From Reclinomonas americana ATCC 50394 (lineage: Eukaryota): 64,000 nucleotides of DNA. The notes beneath the pieces were generated by a model, which worked only from the letters and a program-made list of their open reading frames with translations, searched no databases and was not told the DNA's origin. Made by a program: the position numbers and the translations under genes. Numbering within the stretch: the first letter of the stretch is position 1; each line of letters begins with the position of its first letter. Below are positions 44,801 to 57,673 of this stretch, piece by piece. The stretch is from contig PS015058.1 of the NCBI GenBank assembly GCA_048213135.1, positions 19,934 through 83,933 on the forward strand, read 5' to 3'.

Positions 44801-47394
44801 CGCCAGTGCCGGGATTGCGCCGGCCCTCGGGTCAATCTCCATGGGTGGCAGGAATGGCAGCAGGCGAGCGATGCGGAAGAGTGGAGCGGTGGTGGCCTCT
44901 GCAGGGAGGGGATGAGGGGGGAAGGGAGGGGACGAGGGGGGAAGGGAGGGAGGGGATGGAGGGGGGAAGGGAGGGAGGGAAGGGAGGGACGGAAGGGAGG
45001 GAAGGGAGGGATGGGAGGGATGGGAGGGATGGGAGGGAGGGGAGGGAGGGGAGGGATGGGAAAGGGAGAGACAAGGAGAGGGGAACAGACGAAGAGAGGG
45101 GGCAAGAGAAAGAGAAGGGAAACGAGAGAAAAAGAGAGAGAAACGCAGAAACACAGAATGAGAGAATGACACAGGAAGGAGAACTAGTAAGAGAGAAGGG
45201 CAGGAGGGAGAGAAACAGAAACGGAACGAGACAGAAAGAGAAACAAAAACGTAGAAAGAGAGACTGATGCAGGAAAGAGACGAAGAAAGACAAAGAGACA
45301 GAGAGTTACAAAGACAGTGAGAAGAGAGGGGGAGAAATGCAGAGACTGAGACATACAGAGAGAAGGAGAAAATCAGAGAGAGAGAGAGAGAGAGACAACA
45401 CGTGCTGCGTTATGTACCGGCGTAGCAGCTGTGCAGCAAGAGACAAGTCAGCGTGACGATTGTTGTTGCCTCACACAGGAGAGAGAGACACGCAACGTCT
45501 GGTCACACATGTCGGCCACCGAATCGTACCTGTACACCTCGAAGAAGCTGGCTGGTGGGCGATTGGTGCCAGATCCACACTCGTGCTCAAACAATGCTGT
45601 ATAAGTGTTTGAAAGTGAATCGGAAGAGAGAGGAGAGAGAGGGAGGGAGAGAAGAGCGCGCAACTCGTCACGCCCACGGTGTCGACGAACAAGCAGCGAG
45701 CGCCGACGGGGTTGGTTGGACTGCGCAGAAGGGGGAAGGGAGAGGGTGGTGAGAAGGGGAGAAAGGGAGGAGAAGGGGGAGGGCAACAAGGGAGTGAGAG
45801 AAGCGATGTGAGGGCGAGCGAAAGAGCGGGAGGATGGCGAAAGAACGATGGGAGGGAAAGCAGGGTGAGTGAGGAACAGTGGAGGTAGCAAGTTCATGAG
45901 GGAGGGCTGAGGAAAGGCGAAAAAGATGGGAGCAATAAAGGACGGGAGTACACAAAGGAGAATGGAGAAGGAGGAAGGAATTGGGGAACGAGAGGAAGAG
46001 AAGAATGAGGAGGAAGCAAGCACGGAGCAGCAAGGGATCACAAACCAGTAAGCGCAGTTGGCCATCGTGACACAGGATCGGCATTCGTTATCGGATTGCG
46101 GTGCGTCGCAGCTGCCCGGACACACTCCAATGCCCTCTTCAACAAGGAGGAGCACGTGAGAAGAGCGAAGAAGAGAGAGGGGAGAAGGGAGAGAAGGGAG
46201 AGTGAAGGAGCAATCGCGTGAGTGGGAGGGTGAAGGAGACGGGCAGGGAGGAGAAGAAGAAGAAGAACAAGAACAAGAAGAGGAAGAAAGAGGAAGAAAG
46301 AGGAAGAACAAGAAGAAGAAGAAGGCGGAGAAGAAGAAGGAGAAGGAGAAGAAGGAGAAGAAGGAGAAGAACAACAACAAGAACAAGATGAAGAAGAAGA
46401 AGAAGAAGAAGACGAAGAAGGGAGAGGCGGAACAATCGTGTGAGTGGGAGAGCGGGAGAGAGGCAGGGAAGAAGAAGAAGATGAAGCAGAAGATGAAGCA
46501 GAGGAAGAAGAAGAAGAAGAAGAAGTAGAAGAAGAAGAAGAAGAAGAACAAGAAGAAGAACAAGAAGAACAAGAAGAAGAAGAAGAAGAACAAGAAGAAG
46601 AACAAGAAGAACAAGAAGAACAAGAAGAANNNNNNNNNNNNNNNNNNNNNNNNNNNNNNNNNNNNNNNNNNNNNNNNNNNNNNNNNNNNNNNNNNNNNNN
46701 NNNNNNNNNNNNNNNNNNNNNNNNNNNNNNNNNNNNNNNNNNNNNNNNNNNNNNNNNNNNNNNNNNNNNNNNNNNNNNNNNNNNNNNNNNNNNNNNNNNN
46801 NNNNNNNNNNNNNNNNNNNNNNNNNNNNNNNNNNNNNNNNNNNNNNNNNNNNNNNNNNNNNNNNNNNNNNNNNNNNNNNNNNNNNNNNNNNNNNNNNNNN
46901 NNNNNNNNNNNNNNNNNNNNNNNNNNNNNNNNNNNNNNNNNNNNNNNNNNNNNNNNNNNNNNNNNNNNNNNNNNNNNNNNNNNNCAGGAAGAAGAAGAAG
47001 AAGAAAAAGAAGAAGAACAAGAACAAGAAGAAGAAGAAGGGAGAGAGAGAGAGAGAGAGAGTCACTTACTCAACTCGCATGCGCATCAGTGGCCGTGGAG
47101 TTATACGCGGCCACACACCCTCCCGTGCCAATCGCCTGACACACACCACTGCTCGGATCACTCCACGCCGACTGACACCACTCACACGCGGTGCCACCAC
47201 CAGTGATGCCAGTGCATGCGGAACATGAACTGCAACATGCAGTCAGAGAGATATCAGAGAGACAGAGATGGTGTGTGTGTGTGTGTGTGTGCGTGTGTGT
47301 GTGTGTGACGCAACGAGTACTGCATGCAGTCATCGGCGACACTCAGTGCTGCACATAGTAACAGCACAGTGAGCAGAGCGATCACTGATCGCAT
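40638..47394 (-). CDS. uncharacterized multipass membrane protein with a signal peptide and Cys-rich (PSI-like) ectodomain
   Basis: MRSVIALLTVLLLCAALSVADDC; SCSACT..ACEWCQ and ECRSCVTMANCAYC repeats; many hydrophobic TM-like exons from 40.9 to 44.9 kb that join in frame. Crosses two gaps, so it could be two genes. Confidence 0.55.
43415..43524 (+). repeat. 13-bp G-rich minisatellite (GGGGGAAGGAACA)n running into a gap
   Basis: About 8 near-identical copies before N run 43525-44286; a similar motif resumes after the gap. Confidence 0.9.
46250..47060. repeat. (AAG/AAC)n intronic low-complexity tract with gap
   Basis: Trinucleotide runs on both sides of N run 46630-46984. Confidence 0.9.
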
Positions 47395-47455
47395 GTGTGG
47401 GAGGTTTTCGCAAATAGGACACATGCAACTCCGACTCTCGGACTTTTTTTCTCTC

Positions 47456-47562
47456 ATGGCGGAGGCAGCAGCACGTTTCGACCCGCGATATGCGGAAGAA
47501 GGCTATGCGGTGAGTGCTCACACTCTTCTTCTTCTTCTTCTTCTTCTTCTTCTTCTTCTTCT

Positions 47563-47602
<40 letters not shown>

Positions 47603-47876
47603 NNNNNNNNNNNNNNNNNNNNNNNNNNNNNNNNNNNNNNNNNNNNNNNNNNNNNNNNNNNNNNNNNNNNNNNNNNNNNNNNNNNNNNNNNNNNNNNNNN
47701 NNNNNNNNNNNNNNNNNNNNNNNNNNNNNNNNNNNNNNNNNNNNNNNNNNNNNNNNNNNNNNNNNNNNNNNNNNNNNNNNNNNNNNNNNNNNNNNNNNNN
47801 NNNNNNNNNNNNNNNNNNNNNNNNNNNNNNNNNNNNNNNNNNNNNNNNNNNNNNNNNNNNNNNNNNNNNNNNNNNN

Positions 47877-47926
<50 letters not shown>

Positions 47927-49481
47927 CTCCTCCTCCTCCTCCTCCTCCTCCTCCTCCTCCTCCTCCTCCTCCTCCTCCTCCTCCTCTTTCCGCTCACTTG
48001 TCATACATGCATGCATGCACTGTAGTATGGAACGGAGCCGAATGAGTGGCTTGCCGAGTGTGTGAACGAGCGTCTCTCTGATGTGTCTGCGGCGGGTCTG
48101 CGTGTGTTGTCGCTGGGCGAGGGCGAGGGTCGTAATGTTGCGTGTGTGTGTGTGTGGCGTGTGAGTGAGAGTGAGGATGTGATTGCTCATTCTCGTGAGA
48201 GTAGGCCATGTTCTTGATGAAACGCGGCTTCCATGTGACTGCGTTGGATGCGTCCAGTGTCGGTCTTGCCAAGGTATGCTCTCTGCCTCTCCCTCTGTCT
48301 CTTGCTCTCCCTGCCTCTTCTTGCCTGTCGCACTGTCGCTCTCGCCTGTTCATTCCCTTTCCCTCTCTTTGTCTGTGTCCCTTCGAGTCTGTCTCTCTCC
48401 CTTCTCTCTCTCTCTCTCTCTCTGCAGGTAATCCATCAGTCTCTCACGATCTCTCAGGCTGGCTGCCTATCTTTCGCTCTGCAGGTCGTCTCTCCTATCT
48501 GTATGTCTGTCCCTCTTTCTCTCTCTTTCTCCTTCTGTCTCTGCTCGCATAGTATTCTCAACTTGCCTGTCTGCTTCTCTGTTTCTCTCTCGACAGGCTT
48601 GCTGCAGTCAGTCAGTCTCTCAAGACATCGCAGGCAGGCTGCTTGGCTCTTGCTAGCGGTGTATGTCTCTCTGTTTGTCTGCCACTGTCTCTCTCTCTTT
48701 CTCTCGGCTGGCTGGCTGGCAGGCAGGCAGTCAGTCACTCAAAACAGTCGAGCTGACTTCCTCCCTTCTGGCTGGCTGGTTTGCAGTCACTCCATCTTCG
48801 AGACCTCGCAGGCAGGCTACCAGTCTCTTGCTAGCTGTGTCTGTCTCAGTTTGTCTGCCTATCTCTCTTTTTCCTTTGTCTCTGCTCGCGTAGTATTCTC
48901 AACTTGCCTGTCTGCGAACAGGCTGGTAGTCAGTCAGTCTCTTAGTTGGCTGCTTGTCTCTTCTCTGTCTTTCATCCTCTCTCCCTCTCTCCCTCTCTCC
49001 CCCTCCCTCCTCTCCCCCTCCCTCACTCCCTCACTTTCCCTTCTCCCTTTCGCAGGCCCGCTCCTGGGCCGACACCGAGGGCGTGGGACACCTGCTGGAG
49101 ACCGCTGTGGTCGACGTAACCACGTACCCATTCGAGAGCACTGCAATCGACGTGGTCGTCTCCATTTTTTGCCACCTGCCGGTGGAGCTGCGTCGGAGTA
49201 CGCACGCCGCATGTGTGCGTGCGCTGCAGCAGAATCCGGCCGGTGGTGTGATTATTGTGGAGTACTACTCGCCGCGTCAGCTGGAGTTCCGCACGGGCGG
49301 GCCGTCGACGGTGGACATGCTGTGCACGGCGGAGCAGCTGCGGGAGGAGTTTGCGGGGTGTGAGTTTGAGGTGTTGCAGGAGGTCGAGCGTGATGTGGTG
49401 GAGGGCCGGTTGCATACGGGTCGGGCGGCGACCACGCAGATGTTGGCGAGGGTGAGGCCGGTGGTGGTGGTGGAGAAGTGA
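47456..49481 (+). CDS. class I SAM-dependent methyltransferase of bacterial type (TehB-like family), 3 visible introns
   Basis: RFDPRYAEEGYA|YGTEPNEWL..RVLSLGEGEGRN|AMFLMKRGFHVTALDASSVGLAK|AR..VVSIFCHLPVELRR..EYYSPRQLEFRTGGP..EVERDVVEGRLHTGRAA. Confidence 0.88.
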
Positions 49482-49700
49482 GGGAGGTGGTGGGGGAATG
49501 AACGGGTGACGTAGAAGAAACCTTTGTTGTTAGCAGTCGCTGAAGTGGAGGAAGAGCGCAGAAATCATACTGCATGTTTTGGCTCGCCGTCTCGACAGGT
49601 GTTCATTTGTGGCGACATCTCGCCAGAGAAGCACGCATGCAGCATCCACTCGCCATCCACGGCGCAACTGCGCATGCTGTCTATCTGTCGCGGACTCGAG

Positions 49701-51466
49701 TTACTCCTTCATGGAATAACGTGTCTTCCCGTCGTCAAAGTCGCTCTCTGGGTGAACGATGACGACGTTCTTGTTCGCAAGAGCGCGAAGAGTTCGCGAC
49801 ACCACCGCAGGCTCGTCTCCAATGAGTTGATCGCGGCCGAACAGGTCAAAAGCGATAATGCGGGCGATCTCCTTTCCAAGTAGAGGCGCCGTCGACGGGG
49901 GCAAATGCTTGCGCACCAACTCCCGCATGACGTCCTTACCAACACCACCGAAATCACTCGCACTGCTGACCAGTCACATGTGAGAACAAGATGAATGCAC
50001 TTTGTCATCAGCACAACAGCAGAACACACCGGACATCCGCATCGCTGCAACCAACGTCGTCAACTGGCAAGTGCATGCACGAAGCTGAAGCACCGGTACC
50101 GGACCGATCGCCAGCAGTGCTCAATGGCGCCCTGTTACTACGACCACGCTGGGTGACACGCAGAACAGGTGCTGCCGCGCCGCGTTGCGGACGCTCGTCG
50201 AGTTGCATTTTCATGACAGTCAACCGTTCCATCACCTCTGCTTGATCGGTCCGCAAGGCAGCAATATCGTCACGCACACCCGCAACTTCCCCACGCACGC
50301 CAGCGACCTCTCCACGCACGTCAACCAACACCTCCATCACCTCAAAATGATGAAACTGCATCAGCTCCATTTCTTCATGCGCTGTCAAACGGATGACGCC
50401 CTGAACCACGGGTCAGTATCTTGTATCTGTCATGATATGCAGAATTCTCCAAACCGCAATGTGCGCTCTAACATTCAATTCTCGTTCCACATACTCCGCG
50501 AATGACCGCCGCCAGTCCACGTCGCAATCGACGAGCTCGTGAGGTTCTAAGTGCCACCGATGATATCGATGAGCAGCTCGTGGTACCGGTGAAGTCAAGC
50601 AAGAAACTCAAGAAGCATACACACAACTCATTGAGTGCACACGTTGCGCTTCCGCGTACTGCGTCAAAACGGCAGCATCAACGTGGTGATGATCGCGGAG
50701 GTGCTCGGTGATGGTTTGGAACGAGCAGTCGAGCATGCGCCACAACTCGATGTATTCGTCTCGCCTCAGTGCACATCGCCCACAGTGTCCTGCAGCGTTC
50801 CGCACGCTGAGCCCGCTTTCCACAGCCATGAACTGTACACGGTGAGAGTGTTGCATAACCCACGGCGCGCGAACGTCTTACCAGTGGAGAGTTGGGGGTC
50901 ACAACCCAGTCAATCATGCCTCTCCAGGCATCCAGCGGCGCCGGCGGCAGGTCACCGCCGTGGACTCGTGTCGGAACGAATGCTCCGCGGAGAAGGAGGT
51001 GAGACGCAAGGGTGATGTCAATCGGATCCAAGGGACCCGAAAAGCGAGAGACCTTGTTGTCACGTGAACGCGGGCGGCGCTCTCGAAAACCGGCACTGGC
51101 CGCGGGATCTGGTACCCACATGTGAAACTTCTTCAACGAGTCTTGTGATGTTTTCCAGGCCACAGCGGCTGGCACACGCACACAATAGCTATCGTCGAGC
51201 CAGAAATAGCGCCAGTACCATTTCCCTTGCCGCGGGGGGTCGGTTGACCGGTGAGGAGATGCACATGCCTTCAAGAAATGAGCAAAGTTGAAGCCGTCTT
51301 GTCGTGCGAATGGCACAAAGCAGTGCTTCACGAGGAGATGAAGCAGAGACGTATACTCGCGGAGAATTCGCCACAGACGAACAAAGTCGCTCCACTCCTG
51401 CACGCAGCGTACAGGAATAAGACACACTATCACGTCTCACAGCACTGACACGTGACGCACGCTCAT
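49701..51466 (-). CDS. uncharacterized multi-exon protein with a short heptad coiled coil and possible C-terminal winged-helix-like segment
   Basis: MS|EWSDFVRLWRILREY..; LVDVRGEVAGVRGEVAGVRDDIAALR; last exon ..LGKEIARIIAFDLF..VVSRTLRALANKNVVIVH..RYSMKE*. Start and internal exons are tentative. Confidence 0.5.
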
Positions 51467-51655
51467 GTGTCAGTGACAAAAATGGGGTTTTCTGACGATC
51501 ATCTGACGACAACAGCCGACGCGCGCGTGGGACACAAGAAGGTGCGTGTTGGCCATGCTCAGACGAGGGAGGCACTGCCTGCATGCTCCCAATCTCGCAC
51601 GCGTCGACGGAAGATTAGTGTCCTGCAAGTCGCTGATCACTCGACGTTCTCAAGT

Positions 51656-52452
51656 ATGGAGGCCGGCGACAAGGCCGCCTCACGTAGCGTCGACTATGTG
51701 TCGATGTCATCCGGGGGTGCGACACCTTATCTCTCTCAATCCTCTCACACACTCACACACTTGCGCACACAGGTCTCGATAAGCAAAGCACTGCCACTGC
51801 TTCCCGCATGCTCAACATGGAGAGTGGCTCTGCTCCAGGCACACAATACCAACTGACTTGGTGTGTGTGTGTGTGTGTGCATGAATGAATGAGTGAGAGA
51901 AAAACACACACTCACTTTGACTGATTTCTCGCACTCATAGGTATCGATGGATCATTCTCTTGCTCTTTTGCGGAGTCAGTTGCGTTGTCTTTCTTTCTAT
52001 GCTTCTTCTTCTCCTTAGTCTTTACACAGTGTGTATACACAGCGTCGGGGAATGCGCTGATGTGGATCTCGGTGTCGGCTGTGCAAGATGTTTCGTGACA
52101 AATCAGTCACCTGTGAGAGAGAGAGAGAGAGAGAAGGAAGGAAGGAGAGTGAGTGCAGTGAGGAGCGCAAGGAGTGAGTGAATAGACAACAGGAGAGAAA
52201 GAGAAAAGGGAAAGAGAAGGCAAATGGGAAGGAAGAGAATGAGTAAATAGACAACAGAGAGAGAGAGAGAGACGAAGTGGGAAGGGAAAAGGCAAGGAAG
52301 GAGGAGAGAGTGAAAGAGAGAGAAGAGAGCAGAGGTTCTTGAGTACAGTGACTGACGGAGCGCTGGGGGTGAGTGAAAGAGGGAGAAGAGAGCAGAGGTG
52401 AGATGAAAGAAGACAGCGATTGAGTGCAGCCAGTCACCAGTCACTCTCCTCA

Positions 52453-52486
<34 letters not shown>

Positions 52487-55400
52487 GCGGCAGGAGGTCA
52501 AGACTTGGTACTCCGTGTCAGACAGCACCGCCAACTACGCCGTCCTGGTGTTCTACATTACGTTCCTGCCGCTGGCGCCACTGGCCGCACATCTCATTGA
52601 CACGTACGGGCTGCGCTTTGGAGTTGCGTGCACCCGCACCGCACCTGCACCACCTGCTGCCTACTGATCTGCGGAGTGCAGGTCACGCTCGGTGCCATCT
52701 TCAACGGTGCAGGTTCGCTGCTGAGATTAATCGGGCTCAGCCACAGCGGATTCCCGTGGTTGATTGTCGGCAACACGGTAGCCAGCTTTGGCATGCCGTT
52801 TCTCCTTGCCACGCCCACCAAGCTCACAGGTGCTGATTTGTCTCTCTCTCTCTCTCTCAGTGTGTGTTCTCTCTTGTCGCGTTTCATTCCTTCGCATTGC
52901 TTGTCTCTGTGTCTGGTTATCGTTCATTCCCTCAAAGTGTCATTCTCCTCACTCATTCCTCTCACCAGCCTACTGGTTCCCGGCCACCGAGCGCACACTG
53001 TCCACCTCCATCGCCATCATGTTCAACCAGTCGGGCGTTTGTCTCGGTTTTGTCATTGCGGTGAGTGTCACTTCGTTGGGCCTCTCCATGACACGCCCTG
53101 ACCGTCGCTGCAGTTGGGCGCCGTGCACACGGCCGCCAATGTCTCAAATATGTTAATCGGTGCGTTGTCGCAAGGGAGAGGGACTCTATGTGTGCTTCTG
53201 TGACTTGTTAATGTGTGTCTGGCTGTTTTTTGCGTCTCTGTGTAATATCGAGTGTCTGTGGGCTTGTATGCATTCGAGCGCCCCATGCTGTGGTGTCAGT
53301 ATCGATATGTCAGGCTGTGTGTGTCAGTGAATATCTCTTTGTACCTGCGCATATCTGCGGGCTTGCGTATTCGTACGTGTGTCTCTGCTGTTACCTGTAT
53401 GTCTGTACATGCGAGCTTGCGTGCATGACTGCATATCCTGACTGTGTCTGCGTGTTGCACTATGTGCCTGTTTGACTGTATGCCATTATGTCTCTGTGCT
53501 GATGTGTCTGTAAGTCTCCGGTGATCCATGAATGTGTGGCTTGTCTGTTTGACGATTTTTCTGTCTCTGTCTCTTGTCTCTTTTCTTCCCTTCCTCTCTC
53601 TCTCTCTGTCCCTTTCTCTCTTTCTCTCGTTCTCTCTCTTTCTTTCTCTCTGACTCCCTCTTCCCCTCTCTTTCCATCTCTCTCCCTTTCTCTCCCTTTC
53701 TCTCCCTTTCTGTCCCTGCCTTTCCCCGACACTTGTCTTTCTGTGTCTGTTTCTCTTTCTCTGCTTCTCTCCCTTTCTCTCCCTTCTTCGCTCTTCTCTT
53801 CCTCTTTCTTCTTCCCTCTCCCTTTCCCCCTTCTCTCCCTTTCCCCCTTTCTCATTCTCCCTTCCCCCTCTCTTCGTGCAGGCATTGCCATCGCCCTCTC
53901 CATCCACATGGTTCTCGTGATTGTGTTCTTCCGCGAGAAACCCAAATACCCCCCATCGGCGGCGTCGCACTTTGTCGGCGGGCCGCCAGAGGTTCGCTTG
54001 TTAGGCGATAAATCCTTCCCCTCTCTCCCGCTGACGCCTTTGCTCTATCGCAGAACGTATTCCGAGCGCTGTGGAAGATCTTCAAAATCCGCTCGTATTG
54101 GGTGCTTGTTATTGTCTTCAGCCTCGATCAGGGTGGCTTCTGGGTGCTGAGCACGCTGCTCGATCGTTGCGGAAGTTTGTTTGTCGAGACCAAGAGCAAT
54201 GGGAATGCTTACTCGCCGCACACAGAAATCATGAATCCACTGATGTACCCCGACATGCAAATCGACGTGGCGGGCATTATTGTACTCGCTCTCGGCATTC
54301 CGGTGCGTTGCCTGTCTTGTTCTCTTGTCGCTGTCCATGTCACATCTTCACTGTTGAGCGTGCGGTCGACAGGGCATGCTGTTCTTTGGCTGGGTGAGTT
54401 TCCCCTTGACCGTGTTCGTGGATTGCACGCAGTGAACTGACACTGTTTGCATGCCAGCTGGTCGACAAGACGCACTGGTACAAGCTGACACTCAATGTGT
54501 GTCTGTGGGTCAGTGCATTTGCCACGCTGTGGTTGGTGTATGCAGCCCGACCCAATGCCTATGGGCAGGTGTGTTTGTATGGGGGAAGGGAAGGGAAGGA
54601 GGGAAGAAGGGAATTGCAGGAAAGGGAATAGAAGAGAAGAGACGAGGTGAAGAAGTAAAGGGAAGACAAGGGGAGCTTAAGACATGAGAAGAGAAGTGAA
54701 GAGAAATGAAGAGGAGAGGAGAAGAGGAGAGATCAGATGAAGAAAAGAATACAAGAGAAGAGAAGAGATGAGAAGAGGGCAGAAGAGAAATGAAGAGGAG
54801 AGGAGAAGAGGAGAGATCAGATGAAGAAAAGAATACATGAGAAGAGAAGAGATGAGAAGAGAGCAGAAGAGAAAAGAGGAGGAGAGGAAATGAGAGAGAT
54901 CAGATGAAGAGAAGAATACAAGAGAGGAAAAGAGGTGAGAAGAGAGCAGAAGAGAAGGGAAGAAGAGAGATGAGAAGGGAAGAGAAGAGTAGAGACGAGA
55001 ATGGAAGCATCTACGCGCGAGTGTGACGCGTTTGTGCACATGCAGGTACTGGCCATCTGTGTGATCATGGGCATCTTTACGTCGGCCATTCAACCCATTG
55101 GTGAGGAGAGCATCCATTCACACTCCTCCTCCTCCACACTCTGCACTCACTTTATCTTCCCCCAACGCAGCTCTGGAGCTGGCCGTCGAGGTTTGTCTGT
55201 GCTGTGTCTTCTCACATGTCACGTATCGGTGTCTCACACTCAGTCTCTGCGCAGCTCACATACCCGTGCGTGCAACAATCCCTTGTAGCGCCTGGGTCTC
55301 GTTCACCCATCTGAATAGCTATTCTACTTGCAGTGTCTCGGAAGCAGTGTCCGGTGGCTTCCTCATGTGGGTCGGGCAGGTGAGAAGACTCTCCCCCTCA

Positions 55401-55545
55401 GTTCCCCACTCCGCCAGTCCACTGACATGCATCGCCTTTGCGCAGGTGTTTGCAATCATGTAGTGCGTCACTCACTTCAAATTGCGTACATCTCTACCAC
55501 CCGTTGCTGACCTCTCTCTCTCTCTCTCCCTCCCCCCTTCTCTCT

Positions 55546-55595
<50 letters not shown>

Positions 55596-56425
55596 ACTAC
55601 TACTACGTACGTACGTACGTACGTACGTACCGTACCGTACCGTACCGTACCGTACCGACGACGACGTACGACGACGACGANNNNNNNNNNNNNNNNNNNN
55701 NNNNNNNNNNNNNNNNNNNNNNNNNNNNNNNNNNNNNNNNNNNNNNNNNNNNNNNNNNNNNNNNNNNNNNNNNNNNNNNNNNNNNNNNNNNNNNNNNNNN
55801 NNNNNNNNNNNNNNNNNNNNNNNNNNNNNNNNNNNNNNNNNNNNNNNNNNNNNNNNNNNNNNNNNNNNNNNNNNNNNNNNNNNNNNNNNTGGTTCGTAAC
55901 TACTACTAGTTAGGTTAGGTCGGTCCGTACCTACCTACCTTACCTAACTTAAGTACGTACGTACTACTCCTACCTACCCGTACCGTCTCGTCCTCTCTCT
56001 CTCTCTCTCCTCCCCCCTTCCCTCTCTCCTTCCCCCTCCTCTCTCCTTCCCTCCTCTCTCTCTCTCTTTCCCCACTCGGATTAACAGCACATACGTCGGT
56101 GAGTACGTCTCCCCATCCACTCCCTCGCACCGCCTGTTCCTCAAACAATGATGGTGCAGGTGACGCACTGCAAAACTCGGCGACGCAGAGCATGACCATG
56201 TCACTCTGGTTCTTCTTCGCCTTCCTGTTGCTGGCGGCCATTGCGTTCACCCTATTCTTCCAACCACCGTGCTGGAGACCCGGCTCCTACAAGCGACAAC
56301 AAGGCGACCACGCCGAAGAGATGCAGGTCGCCGCCGAACTCAAGGAGTCGTTGCTGGACGAGGAGCAGGTGGCTGCGGACATGATGCTACGAAGCGCGTC
56401 GTCGACAGTGGGACTCAGGCGATAG
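51656..56425 (+). CDS. MFS transporter, FLVCR/SLC49-like
   Basis: YQLTWYRWIILLLFCGV..NALMWIS; IDTYGLR; YWFPATERTLSTSIAIMFNQSGVCLGF; FREKPKYPPS; LELAVELTYPVSEAVSGG. Many small exons; the start could alternatively be 51482. Confidence 0.85.
54680..54990 (+). repeat. purine-rich degenerate tandem repeat (about 84 bp) in an MFS intron
   Basis: GAGAAATGAAGAGGAGAGGAGAAGAGGAGAGATCAGATGAAGAAAAGAATACA occurs at about 54701 and 54785, followed by a degenerate third copy. Confidence 0.8.
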
Positions 56426-56512
56426 CACTCGCGACTCCCTTTCCCCACATAATGTAAACACGAGGCACAAACATACAATCAAACATCTTGGTCGGCGCGA
56501 TATCTCGGCGAC

Positions 56513-57294
56513 TCAACCCTTCAGCTCGCCTGCGATCCAGTCGAGCCCTTCCATCAAACCCTCGCCACTCAGCGCACAGCACGACTGCACCACAACGAAT
56601 GAGTCGACAGTCACTGACGCAAATGGACAGCGAGTGAGTGCGATACCTGTATGTGCCAGTTGTGTCTCAGTTTTTGCAGATTGAGGAGCTCCGAAATCTC
56701 AGCCGCCGACATGGCATCGCGCACGTCGTTCTTGTTCGCAAACACCAACAACAACGCATTCCTCAAATCCTGCACGAGCGATGAGATGCACACCGTGAGT
56801 CACAGAACAGCAACAACAGTGTGAGAGCAGCAGCAGCTCATAGAACGTGCCTCATGTGTCGTGATCTTGAACAGCTCTTCCCGCACCACCTCCATTCGCT
56901 CTCTATCTGTTGAGTCCACGACCAGAATCACCGCTTTCGCACCCTGTGTTGCGCCAAGTCAGCAGCCGCTCCACTGCGCGTGTGTCTCCCTCGCTCGCTC
57001 ATGCGCGCGACACACCTGATAGTACAAGTACCACGACGATCGCAGTCGCGACTGGCCTGTGGGATGCAGGAGTGGATATAGAGAGTGCGTGAAAGAGTGA
57101 GAGAGGCAGAGGGATGTGGTATGTGAGTGTTTCTCTCCTTGTTCTCGCTTTCTCCGCCTTCCTGCTTGCTAGCTCGAACTGCTGCCTCTCTGTATGTCTC
57201 TCTGCGCCCAAGCCTGTGTGTGCGTGTATTTCTTTCTTCTTGTCCTTATCATTCTCGGCATCGCTGCCTGTCAGCTTGCCAGCTCGACCTGCTG

Positions 57295-57346
<52 letters not shown>

Positions 57347-57445
57347 TGTGTGTCGTGTCGTTCTTCGTCGTTCGTTCGTTCGTCGTCGTCGTTCGTCGTC
57401 GTCGTCTCGTCGTCGTCGTCGTACGNNNNNNNNNNNNNNNNNNNN

Positions 57446-57482
<37 letters not shown>

Positions 57483-57575
57483 TGTCGTGTGTGTGTGTCG
57501 TCGTGTGTTCGTTCTTCGTTCGCTTCTTCGTTCGTCTCGTTCGTCGTCGTCTCGTCTCGTCTCGCTCGTACTACG

Positions 57576-57673
<98 letters not shown>

